A stretch of 64,000 bases of DNA, from the NCBI GenBank assembly GCA_030390025.1, contig CM059433.1, positions 16,060,001-16,124,000 on the forward strand. The letters run 5' to 3'. The position numbers and the translations under genes are program-made. The notes under the pieces are model-generated. The model worked only from the letters and a program-made list of their open reading frames with translations, was not told the DNA's origin and made no database searches. Below are positions 12,233-25,052 of the stretch, in pieces; within the stretch, counting starts at the first letter, position 1, and every line of letters starts with the position of its first letter. Source of the stretch: Squalus acanthias (Eukaryota).

Positions 12233-13550
12233 ACAAACATTATGCCAAAGTTAAATGCAGATTGCATAGAGTTAGCCTCCCAGGAAGTCATACTTGACAT
12301 GTGTGACACACATGGTCTTAAGGGACAGCCTGATCAGGCTGGTTGGGTATCTGGGGATTTGAATTCAACTTAGGAATAAAACCCAGTGCTCTGCTTGCTT
12401 TTTTTTATAGCCGCCTCACATGGTTTGGATACGATAAGCAATGAGTCAACGATTGCACCTCAGTCTCTTTAACTTCCTCCTGGCAAGTTCTGCCCCACCC
12501 GTGGAGTGCATATGCTTTATATTTTTTGTACTATGTTGTCCACAGGGGAAATGTTACAATTAACCATTGCCGACTTCAGACAAGGTTGTCCTTTCCGGCA
12601 TAGTGGAAAAAATGCTGTTTTTATTATAGGAGATGCAGTTTTTTTCAAAGCAACTGTTACTTTCTCTTTGTGGCATGCCATTCTATTAAAATAGTGATAT
12701 AATTAGCCATTAACTGCCAAAAAGATTATGGAGCAGATAATTAAAGAATTGTTGTTCCATCTTGTGCTGTGTACTCTGCATAAGCCTTTGTCTAATGAAT
12801 GATTAATTATTGATGGGCATTCTTTCCATAGAAACAACTACATGGAACATGCCCTGGAGAATTCTTGCTGTTTACATTATCAATGTAAATAAGTGATTTG
12901 TTTGGGACCATATGTTTTTCTGGAAACTAATAAACTGACTAACTGTGAGGCAATTGATGTTGTAATTGAGAACATTCTGACGTCATTATTTTTGCTGGGC
13001 ATTAAGGCCTACAGTTTATTTGGCCAATGTCTAATAGTCAAATAAATATGCCTTAATTTAGCAGAAGCCCCAGGCATGAAGCAGACATGACTACACCAGA
13101 ATTTATAATATCAAACACAAGTTGTGTAGCTCCATCCTCCTCTCAGTGCTATTAAGAGATATTTAAATTCTTCAGCCTGTTGCCATTATCCCCTGAAAAC
13201 CAGTTAGCTCTTCTCACATATCACAGTTCCAGATTATATGGCCACGAAACTGTTCTATTTATTTCTGGATCTTTGTGTCAGTCCACCTTCAGGTTAAGTG
13301 TTTTTCTCTTTTTCTTCTTTTTTTGTATATTAGATGATTCTGGGCGCACGAAACGACTTGGAATTGCACTGAGGTACCATTAGACAAGACAGGCAGTCTG
13401 ACCAAAACTAATGCATACTCTACCATTTGTTTAGCAAGCATTGCTCAATTCTGCACTCAAGCATAGAACAATAGAAATTTACAGCACAATAGGGCCTTGG
13501 AGATGGTGCAGAGGAGATTTACTAGAATGGTACCAGGGATACGGGACTTC

Positions 13551-15253
13551 AGATGGCAAAAATAACACCAGGCTTCTCTTCTCCACCACTAACCGTCCTT
13601 TCAAACCACTCTCTCCTGCCTCCTCTTCCCTCACCTCCAACAATAAATGTGAGGAGCTCATGGACTTCTTTGTTAAAAAGATCGACAACATCCGTTCAAC
13701 CGCTTCTGCTTTCAATTCCCTCCTTTCCCCTAGCCCACCGAACCTTACTTCCTCTCCGTTTCCCCCCTGCCCTAACCCTAAATTTGTATATTTCTCTAAT
13801 ATCTCTCCTATCTCCCCTCTTGCCCTTTCAAAGCTCATCTTGTCAATGAGACTGACACCCTGCTCTCTTGACCCTATTCTTACTAAATTGCTGACAACCC
13901 AACTTTCTTCCCTGGCTCCCATGTTAGCGGATATTGTTAACGGTTCTCTCTCCTCAGGTATTGTCTCCTATTTCCTTCATATCATCACCCCTCTCCTCAA
14001 AAAAACAACCCTTGACCCCTCCGTCCTTGCAAACTATCGCCCCATCTGCAACCTCCCTTTCCTCTCCAAAGTTCTTGAACGTGTTGTTGCCTCCCAAATC
14101 CATGCCCATCTTTCCTAGAACTCCTTGTTTGAATCCCTCCAATCAGGCTCCCACCCCTGCCACAGTACTGAAACTGCTCTTACCAAAGTCACAAATTACA
14201 TCCTAATTGACTGCGACAAAGGTAATCTATCCCTTCTCATCCTTCTGGACCTGTCCGCAGCCTTTGATATGGTTGACTACAAAATTCTGCTCCAACGCCT
14301 CTCCACTGTCGTCCAGCTGGATGGGACTGCACTCACCTGGTTTCATTCCTATCTTTCCAGCTGTAACCATAGAATCACTTGCAATGGCTTCTCTTCCCGA
14401 TCCCACACCGTCACCTCTGGTGTCCCTCAGTGATCTATCCTTGGGCCCTCCTATTTCTAACCTACATGCTGCCCCTCGGTGACATCATCCGGCAACACAT
14501 CGTGAGTTTTCACATGTACACTGACGATACCCAGCTCTACCTCTCCTCCACCTCTCTCAAACCCTCCACCATCTCTATACTATCAGACTGCTTGTCCAAC
14601 ATCCAGCATTGGATGAGTAGAAATTTCCTCCAATTTAATATCGGGAAGACCGAAGCCATTGTCTTCGGTTCACACCACAAACTCCATTCCCTTTCCACTG
14701 ATTCGATCTCTCTCCCCAGCAACTGTCTAAGGCTGACCAAGTCTGATCACAACCTTGGTGTCATATGTGATCATGAATTGAGATTCCTACCTCATATCTG
14801 TTCTATCACTAAGACCACCCATTTCCACCTCCGTAATATCGCCCATCTCCGCCCTTGCCTCAACTTATCTGCTGCCAAAACCCTCATCCATGCCTTTATC
14901 ACCTCTAGACTTAACTATTCCAATACACTCCTGGCCAGCCTCACTAGTTCTACCCTCCATAAACATTGGCTCCCAGTTAAGCAATGCCTTGATTTTAAAA
15001 TTCTCATCCTTGTTTTCAAATCCTTCCATGGCCTCGTCTCTCCTTATCTCTGTAATCTCCTCCAGGCCTATAATCCCCCTAGACCTCTGCACTCCGCCTT
15101 TTGAACAACCCTGATTTTAAATGCTCCACCATTGGTGGTTGTGCATTCAGCTGCCTCGGTTCTAAGCTCTGGAATTCCCTCCCTAAATCTCTCCGCCTCT
15201 CCACTTCTCTTTCCTCTTTTAAGACGCTCCATAAAGCCTACCTTTTTGACCAA
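13551..15253 (+). mobile_element. L2 LINE ORF2 remnant
   Basis: Motifs CSLDPI, NYRPICNLPFLSKVLE, LLDLSAAFD, YTDDTQLY and HWLPV. Interrupted after TGACCAA by CR1 copy C. Confidence 0.92.
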
Positions 15254-17618
15254 CTAGGAAGGAGGCATTGCTGGATCTGGTGCTGGGGAATGAGGTGGGC
15301 CAGGTCGACCAAGTGTCTGTTGGAGAACACTTGGGTATGAGTGATCATCGTATCAAAAGATTTAGATTAGCAATGGAAAGGAGCAAGGAACAATCTAGAG
15401 TGGAACTTCTAAACTGGAATAGGGCTAACTTCAATGGGATGCGAAAGGATCTAGCCAGGATAAAATGGAACCAAAGACTGACAGGAAAAACTGTAACGGA
15501 ACAATGGGTGATCTTTAAGGAGGAGATGTTCCAACTACAGGCTAGGTACATTCCAACAAGAGGGAAGGGTAAGGGAACCAAAGCAAGGGCTCCTTGGATG
15601 ACAAGGGAGATAGAGAAGATGATGAAACAAAAAAAGAGGGTGTATGATGCATGTCAGGTGAATTCTTCAAGGGAGAACCAGACCAAATACAATAAGTTGA
15701 GAGGGGATGTGAAGATGAAAATCAGATTGGCAAAGGGAGAATATGAGAGCAGAATGGTGGTTAACATAAAAGGGAACCCAAAAATCTTCTACCGGCATGT
15801 AAACAGTAAGCGGGTAGTAAGAGGCGGGGTGGGGCCTATTAGAGACAAAGGTGGTGATATATGCTTAGATGCGCAGGGCAAGGCTAGAATACTCAATGAG
15901 TACTTTGTATCGGTGTTTACTAAGGAGGTGGATGCTGACAAAATATCGGTAGAAGTGGAAAAGTTAGAAGGAATGGAAGGGGTGAAAATTGATAGACAGG
16001 ATGTACTAGAAAGGCTGGGTATGCTTAGAGTGGACAAGTCGCCTGGTCCAGATGGCTTGCATCCCAGGTTGCAAAGGGAATTGGGGGAGGAGATAGCGGA
16101 AGGGCTTGCTATAATTTTCCAATCTTCCCTAGATGCGGGGGAGGTGCCTGGGGATTGGAAAGTGGCAAATATGACACCATTGTTCAAGAAAGGGTGTAAG
16201 GACAATCCTAGTAACTACAAGCCAGTCAGTTTAACATCAGTGATGGGTAAAGTTTTAGAAACAATAATCAAGGAAAAAATTAACGGGCATTTGGAGAGAT
16301 TTAAGCTAATTAAGGAAAGCCAACACCGGTTTGTAAAAGGAAGATCGTGTTTGACTAATCTAATTGAATTTTTTGATGAAGTAACAGAGAGGATTGATGA
16401 AGGAAATGCAATGCATGTTGTCTACATGGATTTTCGGAAGGCATTTAACAAAGTACCACATAGAAGGCTGGTTAACAAAATTGAGGCTCATGGAATAGGT
16501 GTGTCAGTGACAGCTTGGATAAGGAATTGGCTTAAGGACAGAAAACAGCGAGTTGTGGTAAATGGCTGTTTTTCAGACTGGAGGATGGTAGACAGTGGTG
16601 TTCCTCAAGGGTCAATGCTGGGGCCACTGCTTTTTTTGATATATATAAATGACCTGGATATTGGAATACAGAGTAGAATTTCTAAATTTGCCAATGACAC
16701 CAAACTTGGGAATGTGGCAAACAATGATGATGACATCAATCGACTGCAACAGGACATAGAAAGGCTAGCAGAATGGGCAGACAAGTGGCAGATGGAATTT
16801 AATACAGAGAAGTGTGAGGTGATGCATTTTGGCAGAAGGAACAGGGAGAGGCAATATACACTTAATGGCACAGTTTTAAAGAGTGTGCAGTGACAGAGGG
16901 AGCTGAGAGTTAATGTGCATAGGTCCCTGAAGATGGCGGGACATATTGAGAAAGTGGTTAACAAAGCATATGGGATCTTGGGCTTTATAAATAGAGATAT
17001 TGAGTACAAAAGTAGAGAAGTTATGCTGAATCTTTATAAAGCGCTGGTTAGTCCACAATTGGAGTATTGCGTCCAGTTCTGGTCACCACACTTTAGGAAG
17101 GATGTGAAGGCCCTCGAGAGGGTGCAGAGGAGATTTACCAGAATGGTTCCGGGGATGGGGGATCTTAGCTACAACGACAGGTTGGAAAAATGGATTTCTT
17201 TTCATTAGAGCAAAGGAGGTTGAGGGGTGATTTGATAGAGGTGTACAAGATTATGACGGGTTTGGATAGGCTAGACGGGGAAAGGATAGCCTAGACGGGG
17301 AAAGGCTGTTCCCACTAGTTGATGGCACAAGGACTAGGGGACAGAGATTTAAGGTTTTGGGCAAGAGATACAGGGGGGATGTGAGGAAAAACTTTTTTAC
17401 ACAGCGAGTGGTGATGACCTGGAATTCGCTGCCGACGGAAGTGGTGGAAGCGGAGACACTCAATGTTTTCAAGGGGAGACTGGATAGGCACTTGAGGGAA
17501 ATAAACTTGCAGGGCTACGGGGATAGAGCGGGGGAATGGGACTGACTGGATTGCTCTACAGAGAGCCGGCACGGACTCGATGGGCCGAATAGCCTCCTTC
17601 TGTGCACTTATGACTCTA
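15254..17618 (+). mobile_element. CR1 LINE copy C, 5'-truncated, inserted in the L2 3' end
   Basis: 541-aa ORF 15268..16893 with CR1 RT motifs. 7-bp TSD TGACCAA at 15247-15253 and 17619-17625. Tail TATGACTCTATG. 20-bp tandem duplication at 17264-17303. Confidence 0.95.
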
Positions 17619-17656
17619 TGACCAAGCTTTTGGTCATCTGCCTTAATATCTTATAT

Positions 17657-18100
17657 GTGTCAGCTGTGGCTCAGTGGGTAGCACACTCGCCTCTGAGTCA
17701 GAAGGTTGTGGGTTCAAGTCCCACTCCAGGGACTTGAGCACATAAAGCTAGGCTGATACTCCAATGGAGTGCTGCACTGTCGGAGGTGCCGTCTTTCAGA
17801 TGAGACGTTAAACCGAGGCCCCGTCTGCTCTCTCAGGTGGACGTAAAAGATCCCATGGGACAATTTTGAAGAAGAGTAGGGGAGTTCTCCCCAGTGTCCT
17901 GGCCAATATTTCTCCCTCAACCAACACAACAAAAACAAATTATCTGGACATTTTTACATTGCTGCTTGTGGGAGCTTGCTGTGTGCAAATTGGCTGCCGC
18001 GTTTCCCACATTACAACAGTGACTCTACTTCATTGGTTGTAAAGCGCTTTGAGACATTCGGTGGTCGTGAAAGGTGCTATATAAATGTAAGTCTTCTTCT
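17657..18100 (+). mobile_element. tRNA-derived Deu-domain SINE (SacSINE1/AmnSINE-like), full length, inserted in the L2 3' UTR
   Basis: A box TGGCTCAGTGG and B box GGTTCAAGTCC. Core CAGATGAGACGTTAAACCGAGG...AAAGATCCCATGG...GTGTCCTGGCCAA. L2-like tail GGTGCTATATAAATG. Confidence 0.85.
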
Positions 18101-18204
18101 ATATGGCTCGGTGTCAATTTTTTTTTTTTTGATAACACTCCTGTGAAGCACCTTGGGATGTTTTATTACGTTAAAGCTGCTATATAAATATAAGTTGTTG
18201 TTGT
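18101..18204 (+). mobile_element. L2 3' UTR and (GTT)n tail, completing the 13551 element together with 17619-17656
   Basis: GGCTCGGTGTC...CTGTGAAGCACCTTGGGA...GCTATATAAAT..GTTGTTGTT matches the other L2 tails in the window. Confidence 0.85.
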
Positions 18205-18611
18205 TATGTTGAGAGACTAGAGAAGCTGAGGTTCTCCTTAGAGCAGAGAAGTGTTAAAGGGACATTTAAAATCATGAGGGGTTTTGATAGAGTAAATAAG
18301 GAGAAACTGTTTCCAGTGGCAGAAGGATTGGCAACCAAAGGACACAGATTTAAGATAATTGGTAAAAGAACCAGAGGGGAGATGAGGAGAATTTTTTTAC
18401 ACAGCAAGTTGTTCTGATCTGGAATGCACAGCCTGAAAGGGTGATGGAAGCAGATTCAATAATAACTTTCTAAAGTGAGTTGGATAAATACTAGAACGGG
18501 AAACATTTTCAGGGCGATGGGGAAAGAGCAGGGGAGTGGGACTAATTGGATAGCTCTTTCAAAGAGCCGGCATGGGTCGAATGGCCTCCTTCTATGCTCT
18601 ATGATTCTATG
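18205..18611 (+). mobile_element. CR1 3' fragment
   Basis: ORF2 C-terminal sequence, 3' UTR and CTCTATGATTCTATGA tail. Confidence 0.85.
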
Positions 18612-18639
18612 AAAAGGAAACCATTTGTACTGTTGTGTC

Positions 18640-19050
18640 TGTGCCAGTTCTATGCTAGTGTAATCCAAAACTAATCCCACTGCCTCGTGCTCTGCCCTGT
18701 GTGCTCCCCTCTACTTCAAATATTTAGCTGATTTTCCTTTAAAAGTTGCATTGGTTTCTGACTTAAACACTCCATATGACAAAACATTCCACGATCAAAC
18801 AATCCTATGTGTAAAGAAATTACTTCTCCTCACTCCGTGACATTTATAAATTGATGAATCCTTGTTACTGACTCCCTGGCCAGAGAACATAGTCTTACCC
18901 TATTCACTCTATCAAAACCCTTCATAATTTTTTTTAAAAAAACCTCTACAAAATGTCCTCATAGCTTGCTCTACTGCAGTGGAAATAATCCCAATATCTC
19001 AAGTCTTTCCTCATAACTATAGTTTTCCATTCCTGACATTATCCTTGTGA
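18640..19050 (-). mobile_element. Old CR1 3' fragment
   Basis: Diverged reverse-complement match to CR1 ends, e.g. TATTCACTCTATCAAAACCCTTCATAATTTT. Confidence 0.6.
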
Positions 19051-19451
19051 AAGTGGGCTGTGTGCTCTCTATGGCTTGAATATTGAAGGGGTGGATTTGC
19101 AGACATTGACACTATCAGAGATAAAGTTCCACAACCAGCATATTAATCTATGCCACTGGCATTGGTGTATGGACATTTGGATTGGTACAGAATGCGGAGA
19201 TGCAGTTGTTCTCATGTTCCTGGCATAAACATGGAGGTTTGACTGAAATGCTCGTAACTCTTGTGCTGCTGCTACTGCCATTGATAGTTGAATGGTAGTG
19301 AGAATTTATTTTGTTCTAAACTTCACAAGTGTCTTTACATATGGTGTACTATTATGAACCATTTTTTTCTACCTAGAATTTTTCTGATACATGTTATCAC
19401 ATGACTTTGACTCACTAGAAATGATAAGCATCATCACTATTTTAAACATCA

Positions 19452-20300
19452 AGGGGGAGAAATTCGGTATCGCCCCGTTTGGGGGCAATTATCGGCCGGG
19501 CGCAAAGTTTAGCGCCTGCCGCTAATTATCGCCTCCGACTGCAACCTTGACTTCTATCGCCCCTGGAGGTGATTGGAGCACTAAATCAGGGGCTACACAC
19601 CTCTCTTAAGGCGCTAACGCCGATGAGCGAGGCGCTACCTCAGAGCGCTGGCGAAGCTCATGTGATTTCAGACAGCAATGGAACACAGACACACTTGCGC
19701 GGGCCAGTTCTTAAAGGGGAGGGTCGATCTTGCTCTCCATCCACACCCTGCTCATTGCAGCCTTGAATCTCGGCCTGGAGAGACCTGTACATCAAATCTG
19801 TTGGAAAAAAACAATGGAGAGGCCCAGGGAAAGAGCTCAGAGTGCAGCCCCCTAAATCTCTTCTAAATCGATGCATGAAAGGTCAAATCAAAATGAACCT
19901 GCAAAGTGCTGCTCAGTACCCAAAACTCCTTCACACAGCGTTGAATCTCTCCAGAAGTCTCTCTCTCTCTCTCAGAATGCGTGGTGCAAAAATGTTGCTG
20001 ACAAAAAAAGGCAGGAAGCGGTCGCCTTTAAATAGCGCTCCCCAGTCCCTTCCCGACTGCAAATGCTCCCCTCAGCCTCTCATTGCTAGCGGCAGGCGGT
20101 AAGGCAGGGGCCGCCACTCAATATCCGGTCCGGGGCGCAACCGGGGCGTTGCACGCTCGACTGACATCATGATCTGCGGGCGCAGGAGATCGTGGCGGTA
20201 ATGTTTAGCGCCGCTAAATGTCTGGGCAATTTCGCAAGCGGCGCAAACATCGCCGCGCCCGGGCGCTAGTTGCTTTGCGACCCATTAGCACCCTCTTAGG
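19452..20300. mobile_element. GC/CpG-rich probable Harbinger-family non-autonomous fragment
   Basis: Starts GGGGGAGAAATTCGG, like the other TIRs in the window, with CpG-rich subterminal sequence. A matching right TIR was not found. Confidence 0.4.
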
Positions 20301-20384
20301 TACTAGGTCCATATTCTTTTACTTCCTGTGGAACGAGATATCTGTCCTTTTCTTTTGATTGTCTCACAGTATTCACTGTGCCAA

Positions 20385-20595
20385 GTAGCACTCTTGACTC
20401 TGAGTCAGAAGGTCGTACGTACAAGACCCACTCCAGAGACTTCAGCAGTACTGAGGGAGTGCTGCAATGTTGGAAGTGCCCTCTTTCAGATGAGATGTTA
20501 AACTGACGCCCTGTCTGTCCATCTCAAGTGGATGGAAAACATCCCATGGCACTATTTGAAAGAGAGGAGGGAGGTTCTGGTGTCCTGGCCAATAC
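20385..20595 (+). mobile_element. Partial Deu-domain SINE
   Basis: CTCTGAGTCAGAAGG...TTTCAGATGAGATGTTAAAC...ATCCCATGGCAC...GGTGTCCTGGCCAATA. Confidence 0.8.
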
Positions 20596-22373
20596 TTAGT
20601 CCTGGGTCCTTGCAATTTTCATATTTGGGCCAAATTTACATCAATCTGGCAAGCTGCCAGCATGGAATGCGCTCGCTGTAAGCAGCTCACCCATCTGGAG
20701 GGTGGGAAAATCAGCCGAGTGCCCAGATTTGAAGGGCCTGCAGCAGCAAGGGAGAAGTCTGGAAGTGATCTGAATCGGCAACTGAGCACAGCAGGCAACA
20801 TTTTTTTTTTTGCAAAACGGTCATTAAACGTGCAAGTCTTTAACGCACAGAGTTTACAAGTGCCTGCAAAAGAGGTGCCAAGCCTGCATTCTGCTTTCAC
20901 TGACTGCCGCTGAGGATCCCTTGAATGGATGCTCAAAGTGGCTGCCTCCCAACCTCTGACCACTATGCTTGGTGGGCGGGAACAGGAATTGGCGGAATTC
21001 CGGCGGGGTGGAGACGAAAATGGTATCCAAGGTCGTAACTACGCCATTTGACCCCGATTAGCATATATTCATGGGGCTCCCACCTGTTTCCAGCAGGAGA
21101 TCCACCCAAAATCAGTGGGGACTCTGAGATAAGCTTCTATTTCCCTTGCCGATTTGGTCCTGCTACCATGCTGCTTTGAAGTGCAAACGTCTCTTTTAAC
21201 CCAGTCCTGTAATGTTATCACGAGTCTTCATTTTCAGTCTTTTTTTTTTGGTTTCCTCGGACTTACAACAAACATCGTGGCATTATTTGGTATAAATAGG
21301 ATGGGGAGAGTCAATGGTACAAAAAGACTCAGCAAAATCCTTTACAGACTGACTCTTTTTGTCTTGTACTTGGTATATTGTATGCTACTTTTCTCAAAAC
21401 AATGTAAGATAAACTACATCAGAAGAACTGAGTAAGCCAATTAGGCTAATATTTTATTTATATGGGATGAAACAGCTTGTTCTGCTTTGATTGTTTTGGT
21501 TTAATTTCCTCATTAGTATTTAGCAGTTTTAAAAGTAATTGGTGCCAGCTCTAATTTAGCTCAAGTAACACTGGAGGTCAATTGGAAACAGCAGAGAGGG
21601 AAATGTAGTCCAGATGAAAAGAGTGGAGAGCTGGAAGAAACCTGGACACGAAGGAGAGACCGGGGAAAAATAGGAAGAGAGCGGACTGGGAGTTCCAATA
21701 GGAGAAGCAGAGAAGCTGGAGCTGGCCAGCACACATGCAGCAGAAAGATAAAAATAGGCCCTGAATTCTTGGGGGTTCGATCCATGGCACAAGTGTAGCG
21801 GATCTGAACCCTCCCTATCGTCCCATGCCGGTTGCTACAGACCCCGTCCCAAATTGCAGGGACAGGCTCATTTGCATGGCCGGGTCGGGCATATCGTGCC
21901 TGCAAGGGCGCTTTAGCGGCATCCACCCAGAACCACTGGCTGGGATGTTGGAGCGGCCCCGTGTCACTCCGACAGTAGAATGGAGTCCTGGCAAGAGCTC
22001 AGAAAAAATAATCTTCTCGACATCTTCTGCTCCCAATGGAGTAAGTGGGCCTCTTGGGGAAGGTAATCCATCCCATCCCAGATTACCTTCCCCTAATAAA
22101 GTTTTTGGGCTCTCCTGAGATCATCAGTGGCACTGAGGCCTTAGTAACGGACAGAATTCCTAGAAATGCTGGGAATGCCCCTTCACACACACACACACAC
22201 CCTTGATGTGGGGGTGGAGGGGTGGTTGAATGATCCATCAACGGCACCCCTTATTAGAATTTAAAGGCTCATGCAAATTGGGTGGAATCCTGACCAACCA
22301 GGTTCCTCCTTGAATTTTCCCCTCTGAGTGGAAATCAACCATTCCACCTTCTTGAAGCCCAGGAATTTTAGGC

Positions 22374-23065
22374 ATGGTAGTCTAGTGATTATGGTGCTAG
22401 ACTAGCATTCCAGTGGTTGTGAGTTCAAATCCTACCATGACAAGTTGTGAAACAGAATTCAATAAATCGAGACTGTGAAAGAAAGACTTGCATTTATATA
22501 GCGCCTTTCACAACCACCGGAAGTCCCAAAGTGCTTTACAGCCAATGAAGTACGTTTTGAAGTGTAGTCACTGTTGTAATGTAGGAAACGCGGCAGCCAA
22601 TTTGCGCACAGCAAGCTCCCACAAACAGCAATGCGATAATGACCAGATAATCTGTTTTTGTTATGTTGATACAGATACTGAGGGAAACAGAGAGAGACTC
22701 AAGAGAGTCTGACAGCAAGAAAGTGAGAGAGAGATACAGAAATAGAGACAGAGACAGGGAGAGAATCAGAGGCATTAAGAAACAGACAAAGACTAACACA
22801 AAGAGGGACTGACAGAGATTGAGAGAATCTGTGAGCTGGCACCAGAAAAAAGTGATCATGAAAGCTGATGGATTATCATAAAATCCCATCTGGTCCATTA
22901 ATGTCCCCCTGGGAAGGGAGCCTGTCACTCCTACCCGGTCTGGCCTACACTTGACTCCAGTCCCACACTATGTGGTTGACTCTTAATACCCTCAGGACTG
23001 GTAGGAATGGACAATAATTGCGGGATTACCAGCATTACCCACCTCCCAAGAACACATTTTAAAAA
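22374..23065 (+). mobile_element. tRNA-headed SINE sharing its 5' body and 3' tail with the 6017-9221 LINE; interrupted at about 22470-22830
   Basis: GGTAGTCTAGTG...GAGTTCAAATCC, then CCCATCTGGTCCATTAATGTCC...TGACTCCAG...TGTGGTTGACTCTTAA, then a tail like 9150-9220. Confidence 0.75.
22478..22670 (-). mobile_element. Deu-SINE 3' fragment, followed by an AG-rich simple repeat to about 22825
   Basis: Reverse complement of the 17930-18100 tail. Confidence 0.85.
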
Positions 23066-23299
23066 TTAACTCATCCAATGTTTGATCGCCTTCAATGGGG
23101 ATATAGATTTTGCTTAGTGGCAGAATAATATATTGTGTATTACATGCTTCTCTCTTTATAAAGAATCATATCATCTTATTTACCATGAGCAATTCCATGG
23201 GCGACCCAATAGTAATGTAGTAAAAACAGTAACTGGCCTAGATTTTCAGCTCAAAATTTAACTGCCATCTTGAAATTCTTGGGAAGTCACTCTGCAAAA

Positions 23300-23413
23300 G
23301 AAGAAAAAAAGAGCTGCATGTATATAGAGCCTTTCACAGCGTTTCAGGACCTCCCAAAGCACTTCACAAACAATGAAGTACTTTTGAACTGTAGTCACTG
23401 TTGTAATGTAGGA
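23300..23413 (-). mobile_element. Deu-SINE tail fragment
   Basis: CAATGAAGTACTTTTGAACTGTAGTCACTGTTGTAATGTAGGAAA. Confidence 0.75.
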
Positions 23414-24597
23414 AAGAAGCATATAATTTGTCTACTCAAATATGGGCAGGTGTATAATAAATAGAATTAAAGGATGCAATTACATTACATATAATGTTTC
23501 CCATTATTTGCACCTTAGCAACACTGGCAGTAAGGGATGCCTCTCTGTCCTTGACATTCAGTGTTGCTATGGAGAGTGGGGAGTTAAATTTAAAATCCCT
23601 GAACATGGAGTTAAATCATTCACCGGGTGATCAATTAAACTCCTCAGCCCCCGAGCCACTCTTAAAAGCCTGAATTTGGAGATCCCAGAGATGTCATTCT
23701 GTCAACTGGAAAACACAGCCCCGACATCAGAGGGTGCAGAGCCAAGGGGAAGAATTTCCCACAGTGGGAATTTCCTCGACTCTAGTCTCCCTACTGCCCA
23801 GTGTCCTGAATGCTGGGGTGAATCTGGCATAAAGATTAGCTAAGGGACAAAAGTTGGGTCCACTGGGAAAGATCCCAAAAATTCTTAACGTGCTTACTCG
23901 TATCCTCCCTTCCTATAAAGAAAGCTGATATGCTGTCAATACTTGTAGGGGGAGCCCGCCAATTGCCACCCCAAATGGCCATCCAATGTCACATTTCTCA
24001 CACTTCCCCATGCACAGCCTCAAGCATCCAACAATCGCCCATACAGGCATGGGTGCCTGCCAATCGCCTGAAAATTACCTGACTCTGCCCTGAGCCTGGA
24101 TATTCTGGTGAGGTCAGACGTGAAGGTCACCAACACCACATTGACCACAATACTTAGGTCACCGATGCTGCTGTGTCAACAGCCATTCATGGGTTATCAA
24201 TTACTTAGAATCTTTATCCACACAAGTACAGCTGCCAGTTCCAGTATAGTACAAAGACAACTATCAGGCTGCCGTTCTGTATCCAAAGTGTCAAGTGATC
24301 AAATTGAATAGAAACATCTCGGCAGAAAGGCGTCAAGGAGCACTTGATGCATTGCTCTGTGTCAAATACTTTGAATGACCTTTTAGAAGGGCTCCCCTCC
24401 AAGTATAACGTGAACCAACCAACCATACATACATAGGACTTTGAGCACTATCCGCTGTGCTGTGATGTGAACATTGACCAATGTCACATTTTGAGATTTG
24501 TGATGGAAAAGTTTTGGAAAAGTGTTACATTAAAATGTAGGGTTTTAAAAGCACTGTGATAAAAATGCTAATGGCCTCGAATTGAAGTTGTTTCCCT

Positions 24598-25052
24598 AAA
24601 GACTTACATTTATATAGCACCTTTCACGACCACCGGATGTCTCAAAGTGCTTTACAGCCAATGAAGTACTTTTCTGGAGTGTAGTCACTGTTGTAATGTG
24701 GGAAATGTAGCAGCCAATTTGCACACAGCAAGCTCCCACAAACAGCAATGTAATAATAACCAGATAATCTGTTTTAATTCAGGGATAAATATTGGCCAGG
24801 ACACCGGGGATAACTCCCCTGCTCTTCTTCGAAATAGTGCCATGGGATCTTTTACATCCACCTGAGAGAGCAGACAGGGCCTTGGTTTAACATCTCATCT
24901 GACAGACAGCACCTCCGACAGTGCAGCACTCCCTCAGCACTGCACTGGAGCGTCAGCCTAGCTTTATGTGCTCAAGTCCCTGGAGTGGGACTTGAACCCA
25001 CAACCTTCTGACTCAGAGGCAAGTGTGCTACCTACTGAGCCACAGCTGACAC
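24598..25052 (-). mobile_element. Deu-domain SINE, full length
   Basis: Close reverse-complement match to 17657-18100, including A/B boxes and tail. Confidence 0.88.

Noticed and set aside
17657..17730. tRNA gene calls here and at 6017, 22374, 24980 and 42671
   Set aside because: The A/B boxes continue into SINE or LINE bodies, with no clean cloverleaf or terminator.
21757..22373. Additional Harbinger-type MITE (also about 20600-21120 and 37520-38890)
   Set aside because: Composition is similar, but TIR matches are weak (about 9/13) and no TSD is clear.
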